From positions 3,210,001 through 3,242,000 of the forward strand of contig NC_002937.3 of assembly GCF_000195755.1 (NCBI RefSeq): a stretch of DNA of 32,000 nucleotides, written 5' to 3'. The stretch comes from Nitratidesulfovibrio vulgaris str. Hildenborough. Its GTDB lineage: Bacteria; Desulfobacterota; Desulfovibrionia; Desulfovibrionales; Desulfovibrionaceae. This document shows, piece after piece, positions 8,421 to 16,515 of the stretch (the stretch's first letter is position 1; each line of letters opens with the position of its first letter). The notes under the pieces were generated by a model. It was given only the letters and a program-made list of their open reading frames with translations, was not told the DNA's origin and searched no databases. The translations under genes and the position numbers were made by a program.

Positions 8421-8991
8421 GCGACCTCCCGCGCCTTGCGCCATCACCCATGCCCGCCTGTGGCCCCTTCACGGGGCGGAGTGCGTCATGCCGCCACACC
8501 ACGCCGCCCAAGGCGAACAACGGCACCATGCGCCCTCGCACGGCCCATCTCGCGGCACACGTCTCCATACCCTCGCCAGCGATGACGGTAAACACCTGCC
8601 CGAAGACACGATTCCGGGTGACCGCATCCCCTGCACGGGACGTGACGCCACGGCATCGCCAAAGAAGGCCGGTGACACATCACGCTCAATACCTCTCCAC
8701 TGGACGGGTATACCGCTTACATCTACAAACCGACGATGGTACAAGGTGCACATGCCCTGAAGACGGCTGGCAGACCCGACGCTCCTGACAGGGCATGACG
8801 TGAGGTATGCAGCACAGCACCTGTGCCGGGCAGCACCCGGTCACTGACAGTGCCTGCCAGACGCCCGTCCGGTGCCTGCGCGTCCAGCCAGCACCCGTGC
8901 ACTCGGTCTGCGCCGGGCCAATACCTGAATGCCGCCGGGCAGCCCCGGAGCGTGCGTAGACCCTTTTCTCCATCATGATAAGGAGCAGGGC

Positions 8992-9573
8992 ATGAACGAC
9001 ACCATCGCATCCAGCTTCCGCGCCATCGCGCTCCTCTGCCTTTTCCTGCTTGCATCGCAATCCGTCGCGGGACACGCTACGCCCCTCGAAGCCGGTGCCC
9101 CCTTCCCGGACATCACGCTGCAAGGCCAGTTCACCTCCCCCCAGAAAGCCATGCTGGGGCTTGAGGGTGACGGCCCATTCAGGCTTTCGGACGTGAAGGC
9201 GCGTCACGTGCTCATCGAGGTCTTCAGCATGTACTGTCCGCATTGCCAGCGCGAAGCCCCGGACATGAACCGGCTGTCCGCGCGCATCGCCGACATGCAG
9301 CCCATAGGCGAACTCGCCCTGCTGGGCCTCGGGGCGGGCAACACCCAGACGGAGGTCGACCTCTTCCGCGAAACATACAGTGTGCCTTTTCCCCTCGCCA
9401 TCGACCCAGACCTCGAAATGCACAAGACCCTGGGCGAACCCGGCACACCGCACTTCTTCCTCGTGTCATTGCGCGACCGCGGCAAGCCCGTGGTGCTGCT
9501 TTCGCGCACGGGCCGCATGTCCGGCGTCGACGACTTCATCAGGGAACTGCGTACGCTTTGCGGGAGCGACTGA
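8992..9573 (+). CDS. Exported TlpA/ResA-like thioredoxin-fold thiol:disulfide oxidoreductase (CPHC active site).
   Basis: Start at ATG 8992 (MNDTIASSFRAIALLCLFLLASQSVAG), preceded by AAGGAG. It has a signal-peptide-like N-terminus. The redoxin pattern is PFPDITLQG...HVLIEVFSMYCPHCQREAP...FPLAIDPD. Confidence 0.75.
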   Translation: MNDTIASSFRAIALLCLFLLASQSVAGHATPLEAGAPFPDITLQGQFTSPQKAMLGLEGDGPFRLSDVKARHVLIEVFSMYCPHCQREAPDMNRLSARIADMQPIGELALLGLGAGNTQTEVDLFRETYSVPFPLAIDPDLEMHKTLGEPGTPHFFLVSLRDRGKPVVLLSRTGRMSGVDDFIRELRTLCGSD

Positions 9574-9670
9574 CGCGCGCCCCCCGGCAGGCAGCCGTAT
9601 TGTAACGCATGGCGCCACGCACGCCATGCCCGCCAACCTGCCGCCCGCCCCTCCGGCGTACGGCATCAGG

Positions 9671-9714
9671 CATGCCCGAGACCATATGTGCCCGAGGCCA
9701 TGTGTGCCCGAGAC
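9671..9714. repeat. Three tandem copies of a 12-16 bp unit (CAT[RT]GTGCCCGAGRC).
   Basis: catgcccgagac / catatgtgcccgaggc / catgtgtgcccgagac, read directly. It lies in the 541-bp spacer between the TlpA-like and peroxiredoxin genes. Confidence 0.7.
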
Positions 9715-9814
9715 GTGGACAACGCACAGGGCCGAAGCAGGAAGGGCACGACAGCCTGATGCGCATTCCCGGCAGGCGGCACAGGACAGGCAGGACACTG
9801 GGCTGTCAGGTCTT

Positions 9815-9853
9815 GGCAGCACACCGGGGCAGCACACCGGGGCAGGACATCGG
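9815..9853. repeat. 13-bp tandem repeat x3 (GGCAGCACACCGG, GGCAGCACACCGG, GGCAGGACATCGG).
   Basis: Read directly. It is in the same spacer as the previous repeat. Confidence 0.8.
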
Positions 9854-10114
9854 CACACCATAACCACAGACGGTGCACGGACGTACAAGACGGAGGACGC
9901 CATGAACAGAGAAGCTTCCAGCCTGACGCACACGCGGCCCCCTGCTGCCGGAGGTGCGAGAAGCGGACGTCGTGTACCCCCTGCGTCCATGAAGGGGGGC
10001 ATGCTGCCGCGAACAGCCGCCACAGGGCATACCCTCCATGAATGCCTTCCGGACTCCCGACGGCTGTTGCCCGCCAACAGCCCGTGCCCCCCACGCCGGC
10101 AAGGCGTCCACCAC

Positions 10115-10762
10115 ATGACGACAGGTGTGCTGTGGGTCGTCCTGTTTGCCTGCCTTGCGGCATGTGCCCCGGCGAGGAACGGGCAGGCGACGTCATCCGT
10201 TACCGCCGCCACTGCAACCCGCCAGACTACCGTACAGGGTGGCGCACAGGCTGCGCTGCAGAACGCCCCCGTCATCCGCCCCGGCGATGAAGCCCCCGAC
10301 TTCGACCTGCCCGCCGTGGACGGCACCCGACTTCGACTGGCTTCGTTCAGGGGACACAAGGCCGTCGTGCTCTCTTTCGTCCCCGCCGCCTTCACCCCGG
10401 TGTGCTCGTCCCAGTGGGCGGGTTATGGCATGTTGAAGCCGCGTTTCGAGGCACTCGGGGCGATTGTGGTGGGCATCGCCGCAGACAATGTACCGTCTCT
10501 CGCCGCATGGACACGCGAAATGGGAACGGATGCCGCCGGGCATCCCTCTCCGCTATGGTTCCCCGTCGTTTCGGATTTCTGGCCCCATGGTGCCGTGACC
10601 ATGCGCTATGGTCTTCTCAGGCCCGAGGGCATCGCGGAACGTGCCCTCGTGCTCATCGACAAGGCTGGCGTCGTTCGCCTCGTGGAAGTGAGCGACATCG
10701 ACAAGCGCCCCCCTCTGGACAATCTCTTCAAGGCACTGGAACGACTCGCAGCCGGAAACTGA
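10115..10762 (+). CDS. Lipoprotein 1-Cys peroxiredoxin (AhpC/TSA-Bcp/AhpE-like), predicted to be exported.
   Basis: This is the C-terminal 215 aa of the 460-aa track ORF. The N-terminus MTTGVLWVVLFACLAAC carries the lipobox L-A-A-C. The Prx core is PGDEAPDFDLPAVDG...KAVVLSFVPAAFTPVCSSQ...LVLIDKAGVVR. The mature domain has only one Cys (the peroxidatic FTPVC). The upstream part of the track ORF has poor codon bias. Confidence 0.8.
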   Translation: MTTGVLWVVLFACLAACAPARNGQATSSVTAATATRQTTVQGGAQAALQNAPVIRPGDEAPDFDLPAVDGTRLRLASFRGHKAVVLSFVPAAFTPVCSSQWAGYGMLKPRFEALGAIVVGIAADNVPSLAAWTREMGTDAAGHPSPLWFPVVSDFWPHGAVTMRYGLLRPEGIAERALVLIDKAGVVRLVEVSDIDKRPPLDNLFKALERLAAGN

Positions 10763-11369
10763 AAGACGGCCCGTACCAGTGGCGACACACGGCCCTTCAG
10801 GCACTCTCATGGATGGAGGGCCTCGATGGGGGCCTCGGGCGACCGTCTCATAGGCGCGACCGAGGCCTGCCCCCCCCTTGTTCCCGTATCAGGTGCGGAC
10901 TCACCTGCGTAGCAACCGCTGCCCCCGCGTTCACGCCACGCAACACAGACCGCAGCCACGGATGCAACGCAGTGCACTAGGCCGTACGTACTGTATGGGA
11001 CGTCATGACGGCCCGGGCGATGCGGGCGCATCAGCGAGGCGAGAGAAGAACGCACAGCAGAAGGTATCTGGGCCTTCATACGCGTATATCCGTCGCACCA
11101 TACTCGCAAGAACGGACGCAAACCGCGCTGCAAACCATCCGATGGCATACGCATCGGACCTTGTTACGCATCGTACCTGTGCCAGCATGCCAGATTCATG
11201 CGCATGGCGCGGAGACTGGCTGTGACGACTCCGGACTGCGACGCCTCGCCCGCTACCCCAGCGCATACGGCACCATCACCAGTGCCTTCACGCATATTCT
11301 ATCCATCAGCATCATCTTTTGAAGTCGCCCCCGTTTCCATGGACGCGAAAGCTGGCTATAGTTGTTCAG

Positions 11370-11385
11370 TGGCATTCTGCATGCA
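11370..11385 (+). promoter_or_regulatory. Sigma-54-type -24/-12 promoter candidate (TGGCAT-N5-ATGCA).
   Basis: TGGCATTCTGCATGCA has the GG and GC dinucleotides separated by exactly 10 nt, as in the consensus TGGCACG-N4-TTGCW. It lies about 125 nt upstream of the VOC gene ATG (11509). No enhancer-binding protein gene is nearby. Confidence 0.3.
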
Positions 11386-11508
11386 CTGCCGTGCCATGCC
11401 TTTCCACGCGTGACGGATACGCTGCGGAACACGAAGCGCAGCACCGTCGTCGTAACATGCCGCAAAAGGCAACATCATGGGGATATGAATCCCTGAAAGG
11501 AAGATACC

Positions 11509-12111
11509 ATGCCCCGCTATACAGGATTCAACCACATCGCGCTCGTGACCGGCGACATGGATGCCACGGTGCGCTTCTGGCGCGACCTTCTCGGGCTGCC
11601 CCTCGTGGCCGGGCTGGGACACGCCGGGTACAGGCAGTACTTCTTCGCCGTATCTTCTGTGGATACGGTGGCGTTCTTCGAATGGGACGGCGTGACCCCT
11701 GTCGCAGAAAAGGACCACGGCGCACCCCAGCGCGGGCCCGTAGCCTTCGACCATATTGCACTGGGTGTGGCGAGTGACGACGACCTGTGGGACATCAAGG
11801 CACGACTTGAAGGTGCGGGCTTCTGGTGTTCCGAACCTGTCGACCATGGTTTCATCCACTCCATCTACAGTTTCGACCCCAACGGTATCGCCATCGAATT
11901 CAGCACGCAGGTCTCCGGGGTGGATGTCCGCAGCCGTCCCCGCATGACAGATTCGGCCCCGGTGCCTTCGGCGCTTGAAGGCCCGGCCCCGCGCCCCGCA
12001 GCATGGCCTGCGCCTGCCCCCGTCGTCCCGCAAGATGAGCGTCGCACCTACCCCGGCGAAGGACACGACTTTCTCTACGCCAAACGTAACGCCTGGGAGA
12101 AGACCTCATAA
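11509..12111 (+). CDS. VOC-family (glyoxalase/bleomycin-resistance/dioxygenase fold) protein.
   Basis: 200-aa ORF with AAGGAAG upstream of the ATG. The N-terminal FNHIALVTGDMDATVRFWRDLLGLPLV and the later FDHIALGVASDDDLWDIKARLEGAGF...HSIYSFDPNGIAIEF are paired beta-alpha-beta-beta-beta VOC modules. Confidence 0.75.
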   Translation: MPRYTGFNHIALVTGDMDATVRFWRDLLGLPLVAGLGHAGYRQYFFAVSSVDTVAFFEWDGVTPVAEKDHGAPQRGPVAFDHIALGVASDDDLWDIKARLEGAGFWCSEPVDHGFIHSIYSFDPNGIAIEFSTQVSGVDVRSRPRMTDSAPVPSALEGPAPRPAAWPAPAPVVPQDERRTYPGEGHDFLYAKRNAWEKTS

Positions 12112-12372
12112 CGTCTTACCTTTTCGAAGATTGCCATATCTATGCAGCACATCCTGTCGACTTTCCTTACAACGCGGCACACCGCAACGACACTGTGCCG
12201 TGTTACCAGAACACACAATCGCGTTATCCTCGCTTCACATGCAGTACGATGACATGCAAAAAATCATTGTGCTTTACCCTTGATACGCATAGTACAGATA
12301 CAATGAATGTTTCCGCATGGCGGGAAATCCAGTTTAAGCAGCATACACACATTCCGGATAAAGGAGCATTCG

Positions 12373-12771
12373 ATGGAAGACCATCTCAAACAGGCCCTGG
12401 AAATCGTAAAAGCCCAGGCCAGCGTTCGCACCATGACAGAAGACGAGATCAGTTCCATGGTCTTCAAACTCGCCAATGCCATACGGAGCATCTCCGACGG
12501 CGAACCAGCCGAGCAGCCGGAGGCTGAAGCGGCACCTGTCGATGCGTCGCGCGCACTGAAAGAGAAGTCCATCACCTGTCTCGAATGCGGCAAGAGCTTC
12601 AAGATTATCACCCGCAAGCACCTCATGCTGCACGACCTCACTCCTGACACGTACCGGGAGAAATACGGCTACAAGAAGGACATGCCCCTCGTTTGCAAGG
12701 CCCTGCAGCGTGAACGCCGCAAGAAGATGAAGGACATGAAACTGTGGGAGAAGCGGCGCAAGACCGTCTGA
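12373..12771 (+). CDS. MucR/Ros-family zinc-finger transcriptional regulator (paralogue 1).
   Basis: Start at ATG 12373 (MEDHLKQALEIVKAQ), preceded by AAGGAG. The C2H2 motif is CLECGKSFKIITRKHLMLH. The basic tail LQRERRKKMKDMKLWEKRRK is typical of ROS_MUCR proteins. Confidence 0.85.
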   Translation: MEDHLKQALEIVKAQASVRTMTEDEISSMVFKLANAIRSISDGEPAEQPEAEAAPVDASRALKEKSITCLECGKSFKIITRKHLMLHDLTPDTYREKYGYKKDMPLVCKALQRERRKKMKDMKLWEKRRKTV

Positions 12772-12783
12772 AGCCCCCTGCCT

Positions 12784-12825
12784 GCGTTGCCGCAGACATA
12801 TGCATCTGAACGTCTGCGGCAACGC
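12784..12825 (+). terminator. Perfect 14-bp stem with a 14-nt loop after MucR paralogue 1. Possible terminator or processing/regulatory hairpin.
   Basis: GCGTTGCCGCAGAC (12784-12797) pairs with GTCTGCGGCAACGC (12812-12825). No U-tract follows. Confidence 0.35.
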
Positions 12826-13038
12826 GTGCCAACGCATCAAGCCTTCGCAGCACAGCAGGCTGCCTGCCGCACCACCTGTCCTGCGCCCCTGACGCCAAGG
12901 CGCCACACGTCCCTTCCCCGCAACAGACACGACGCGTCCGCCGTGTGTATGCGGCCTTCACGCCTCGCACAGGCAAACGCACCCTGTCGTGCAGCCACTG
13001 CAATGGACTTCACCGCCACTTGGGGGTAGACCCCCCGC

Positions 13039-13941
13039 ATGACATCGCACACGCTCACGCAGGGCGGTCGCACCACGGCGACCATAGCCCTCCTGCTCGC
13101 CATGCTTCTGTGGAGCAGTTCGTTCATCGCCATGAAGATCGCCCTCACGGGCTTCGATCCCATGGTCATGATCTTCGGTCGCATGGCCATCGCCTCGGTC
13201 ATCTTCATCGCCGTGTGGCGACGCAACTTCTCGGGAGTGCGCTATCGTGCCGGAGACTGGAAGCTCCTCGGCTTCATGACGATGTGCGAGCCGTGCCTCT
13301 ATTTCGTCTTCGAGGCCTACGCGCTGGAGTACACCTCGGCCTCTCAGGCGGGCATGATCGTGGCCATGATGCCCCTCAGTGTCGCCGTGGCCGCCCGGTT
13401 CGTCCTCAAGGAGCATATGGCCCGCAGTGCATGGGCCGGGTTCTGCCTTGCCATCGCAGGGGTCGTCTGGCTCAGCCTCGGCGGTCAGGTGACGGAGAAC
13501 GCCCCCAACCCCATGCTCGGCAATGCGCTCGAAGTCTGCGCCATGCTCACGGCCACCGGGTATGTCATCAGCGCCAAGCGCCTCTCCTCCACCTATCCAC
13601 CCCTGTTCATTACGGCTGTCCAGTCACTGGCGGGTTTCGTCTTCTTCCTGCCCGTTCTCGCCCTGCCGGGGGTCACTCTGCCGACAAGCCTACCCCTGAC
13701 GCCTACCCTTGCCGTCCTCTATCTCGGCGTATGCATCACGCTGGGCGCATACGGTCTATACAACTACGGGGTCAGCAGGCTGCCCGCGGGACAGGCCGCT
13801 TCGTACATCAACCTCATCCCCGTCCTCACCCTGATCATGGGGCGCGTGGTGCTTGGTGATGAACTCAGCCCGAGCCAGTATCTCGCATCATTGCTCGTAC
13901 TCGCGGGCGTGGTGCTCAGCCAGCGGCGGGCTGCGGCCTGA
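13039..13941 (+). CDS. EamA/DMT-superfamily transporter.
   Basis: 300-aa hydrophobic ORF with two EamA-like repeats (ALLLAMLLWSSSFIAMK...; SLAGFVFFLP...GAYGLYNYGVSRLPAGQAASYINLIPVLT). Confidence 0.85.
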   Translation: MTSHTLTQGGRTTATIALLLAMLLWSSSFIAMKIALTGFDPMVMIFGRMAIASVIFIAVWRRNFSGVRYRAGDWKLLGFMTMCEPCLYFVFEAYALEYTSASQAGMIVAMMPLSVAVAARFVLKEHMARSAWAGFCLAIAGVVWLSLGGQVTENAPNPMLGNALEVCAMLTATGYVISAKRLSSTYPPLFITAVQSLAGFVFFLPVLALPGVTLPTSLPLTPTLAVLYLGVCITLGAYGLYNYGVSRLPAGQAASYINLIPVLTLIMGRVVLGDELSPSQYLASLLVLAGVVLSQRRAAA

Positions 13942-14006
13942 CGCGTTTCGGCTAGACGCGTTTCGGCCAGACGTGTCGACCAGGCGCGTTACGCCAGACA
14001 CGCATC
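13938..14006. repeat. Degenerate tandem repeat of about 15 bp, 5 units. It starts at the stop codon of the EamA gene.
   Basis: ctgacgcgtttcggc / tagacgcgtttcggc / cagacgtgtcgac / caggcgcgttacgc / cagacacgcatc, read directly. It lies in the convergent spacer with the MCP gene. Confidence 0.75.
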
Positions 14007-14214
14007 TCCCCTGCCGCCTCGCAACTAGCGGTACCCACGACGCGAGACGGTCTCCCGCAGGGCGGGGGAACCGGATGCCCCCTCACGATGCCACGTGGTC
14101 GCACCGCCTCAGGCGGGTAAGCACCGCTCGTCACGGCGCGCAAGCGTACGTTCGCATGGCGGGCATGGGGCAGGCACTCCCGCCAGTCTCCCACAGTCCG
14201 CAACCACGAGGCAG

Positions 14215-14249
14215 ACAAAACGAAAACGGCCCGCTTCGCAGCGGGCCGT
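14215..14249 (-). terminator. Rho-independent terminator of the chemoreceptor gene.
   Basis: On the minus strand, ACGGCCCGCT-GCGA-AGCGGGCCGT forms a 10-bp GC-rich stem (14226-14249). It is followed by TTTTCGTTTTG and lies 33 nt after the stop at 14282. Confidence 0.7.
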
Positions 14250-14281
14250 CTGGGTCATATGACATCCGGACAGACAGGTAG

Positions 14282-16093
14282 CTAGGCCCTGCCTGCCACC
14301 TCAAGCTTCTCGATGAGTCCTTCCAGTTCACGGGCCAGTTGGGCAAGGCGGGTCACCGCAGAAGCGGCCTGCGTCATGCCGTCTGCCGTCTCCGATGCGA
14401 TACGGCTCACATCCTCGACAGCCCGGTTGATCTCCTCGCTCGTCGCCGACTGCTGCTCCGCCGCCGTGGCGATGGAACGGACCTGATCGGAGTTCTCCTC
14501 CGACAGCGAGACGATGCGCTTGAGCGCCTCGCCCGACTCATGGGCCAGCGTAGTGGCACGCTCCACAGCCAGCGCGGCCTTCTCCATGCCCTGCATGTTG
14601 CCTCGCGCCCCCGTCTGGATCGTCTGGATGGCCGAGCCCACTTCCTTGGTGGCGGTCATGGTCTTTTCGGCCAGCTTGCGCACCTCGTCAGCGACCACCG
14701 CGAAACCGCGTCCTGCCTCACCCGCACGCGCCGCCTCGATGGCGGCGTTGAGCGCCAGCAGGTTGGTCTGGTCGGCGATGTCGGAGATGACATCCATGAT
14801 ACGGCTGATGTCTTCGGTCTGCCTGCCGAGGGTGGACATGGCGCCTTGCAGTTCCTGCGCCTGCGTATGCACCTCGCGGATGGCGTTCACGGCCTCGGTG
14901 ACGACCTTCTCGCCCTGCAATGCCTGATTCCGCGCCTGATCGGCACTGGTGGCAGAACTTGACGAACTGCGGGCGACCTCGAGAACCGTGGCGTTCATCT
15001 CTTCCATGGCGGTAGCCGTCTCGGCGGTACGCGCACTCTGCTGTTCCGCCCCGGCTGACACCTGATCGACCTGCGCGGCGAGGGCCTCGGCGGCCATGGA
15101 CACCTGCTGGGCGATGCCCACAGCCTGCTTTGCCACCTGCTGCATCTGCCCGAGAAGGCTCGAGACACGCTCCTCCTGCTGTCGCGCCACGGCAAGGGCC
15201 TCTTCAGCGCGACGGGCTTCGGCGGCCGCTTCGCGTCCATGCGACTCGGCCTCGCCCATCTTCACCTTGAGGTTGTCGACCATGGTCTCTATGGCACCCT
15301 TCACCTCGCCGAGTTCAGCATAGAACTCGCCTTCAGGACGGGCGTCAAGCTTGCCTGACGCGACCGTGGAAGCAAAACCGCGGATGCGTTCAAGAGGAGT
15401 GATGATGCCGGTACGAAGCAGCGTCCAGGCCACGACGCCCAGTACGGCCAGAATGCCAGCCGTCCATCCGGCGACGCTCACCTGCGCCATGGCGGTGCGT
15501 TCATGCGCCTTCTCAAGCGAGCTGATCACCTCGAAGGCACCGTGCATCTCGCCGACCTTCCAACCTTCCTTCGTGCCGCCCATGACATCGCGTTCCCCCG
15601 CCGGGTCGCCATGGCAGTAGAGGCATTCCGAAGTGAGACGTATGGGTCTGAAATAGCGTATCTTGTCTTTCTCGTAGATGACGAGCTCCGGCAGATTCTT
15701 CTCCTCTAGCTGCTTCAGCACCTTGAGTTCGAGTTCCGTCGGTGTGTTCGCCGGATTGCGGGGGCGCACCTTGGGCACCCTGAATTCGTAGCCCGCCTCC
15801 TTGGCATTCTGTCCGGCCATACGCATGGCGGTCACCACGGGCACGGCGTCGAGAACCTTGTCGGGCGGCAACTGGTCGAAGGGCTTCATGAGCCCTATCT
15901 CAAGCTTGCGTGCCATCTCGTTTCGTGTGGCCTCGGCCATGAGCACGATGGCCCGACTCTTTTCGAGAATGGCCTCGTCGGCCCCTTCGCGGATGTCGCC
16001 GACGCGCTGCCACGCCATGATGGCCGCCACTACAAGCGGCCCCACCAGCGCGACCCCCAGAACCTTCCATTTGATGCTGCATTCCTTGAGCAT
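14282..16093 (-). CDS. Methyl-accepting chemotaxis protein. Its periplasmic sensor domain carries a CXXCH (c-type heme) motif. It also has HAMP and MA signalling domains.
   Basis: Start chosen at [28 protein letters not shown] (complement of 16091-16093), with GGAG 9 nt upstream. TM2 is [25 protein letters not shown] is the complement of 15611-15625. The C-terminal part is the typical MCP hairpin ([16 protein letters not shown]..., [40 protein letters not shown]..., [14 protein letters not shown]). Confidence 0.9.
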   Translation of the reverse strand: MLKECSIKWKVLGVALVGPLVVAAIMAWQRVGDIREGADEAILEKSRAIVLMAEATRNEMARKLEIGLMKPFDQLPPDKVLDAVPVVTAMRMAGQNAKEAGYEFRVPKVRPRNPANTPTELELKVLKQLEEKNLPELVIYEKDKIRYFRPIRLTSECLYCHGDPAGERDVMGGTKEGWKVGEMHGAFEVISSLEKAHERTAMAQVSVAGWTAGILAVLGVVAWTLLRTGIITPLERIRGFASTVASGKLDARPEGEFYAELGEVKGAIETMVDNLKVKMGEAESHGREAAAEARRAEEALAVARQQEERVSSLLGQMQQVAKQAVGIAQQVSMAAEALAAQVDQVSAGAEQQSARTAETATAMEEMNATVLEVARSSSSSATSADQARNQALQGEKVVTEAVNAIREVHTQAQELQGAMSTLGRQTEDISRIMDVISDIADQTNLLALNAAIEAARAGEAGRGFAVVADEVRKLAEKTMTATKEVGSAIQTIQTGARGNMQGMEKAALAVERATTLAHESGEALKRIVSLSEENSDQVRSIATAAEQQSATSEEINRAVEDVSRIASETADGMTQAASAVTRLAQLARELEGLIEKLEVAGRA

Positions 16094-16348
16094 GAACGCG
16101 ACTCCACGGTAGAATGATGTGCGGGGCTTCCGTCTTATCGACGTTTCTCGCAGCACCCTTTATGGGTTACAGAGAAGTTTGCAGCCTTTCCCGGCTGCGA
16201 GGGGTGGCTTCATCTACCCCATGCGGCCTTACCCGGCATCCTGCCGGTCTGCCCAGGCTGGTGGACGGAGTACGACGCCAGCCCGATGCCCCCTCCGCTG
16301 CGGAAGATAGTCGTTTCGACCCAAAACACAATGAGGGCATACCCCATG

Positions 16349-16376
16349 CAAAAGGCGCGGGCCTTCGCCCGCGCCT
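16349..16376 (-). terminator. Rho-independent terminator downstream of MucR paralogue 2. It separates that gene from the MCP gene.
   Basis: On the minus strand, AGGCGCGGGC-GAAG-GCCCGCGCCT (a 10-bp stem, 16353-16376) is followed by TTTTG. Confidence 0.6.
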
Positions 16377-16515
16377 CTATCAACCGGTCATCACCGGATA
16401 TTCCGCAACATTTTTTTCATGAAGGCAAAAGGGCGACACTGCAGCGACTCCGCCTTCACTGAAGGCCGGAAACCGCCACGTCAGCCCTTCCTGCTCGCCC
16501 AAGAGACCGCAGGAA

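Noticed and set aside
9380-10114. N-terminal 245 aa of the 460-aa track ORF that ends in the peroxiredoxin, plus the antisense 309-aa ORF at 9466-10395.
   Set aside because: The upstream part overlaps the end of the TlpA-like gene in another frame. It contains the tandem repeats and rare codons and has poor third-position GC. The peroxiredoxin has a textbook lipoprotein signal starting at 10115. Only the ATG at 9902 with its GGAGG is kept, as an open question in the findings.
8448-11508. Possibility that the long 'empty' spacers near the redox genes hide selenoprotein genes interrupted by in-frame TGA (Sec) codons.
   Set aside because: Scanning by eye I found no thioredoxin-like or peroxiredoxin-like CxxU/UxxC context. 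I also found no coding-like frame continuing across a TGA and no obvious SECIS-like hairpin after one. This cannot be fully excluded without a dedicated search (for example bSECISearch plus a TGA-tolerant tblastn).
12945-13859. 304-aa + strand ORF overlapping the EamA gene in another frame.
   Set aside because: The frame starting at 13039 gives a coherent 10-TM EamA transporter. This alternative frame gives an Arg/His/Gly-rich sequence that is not protein-like.
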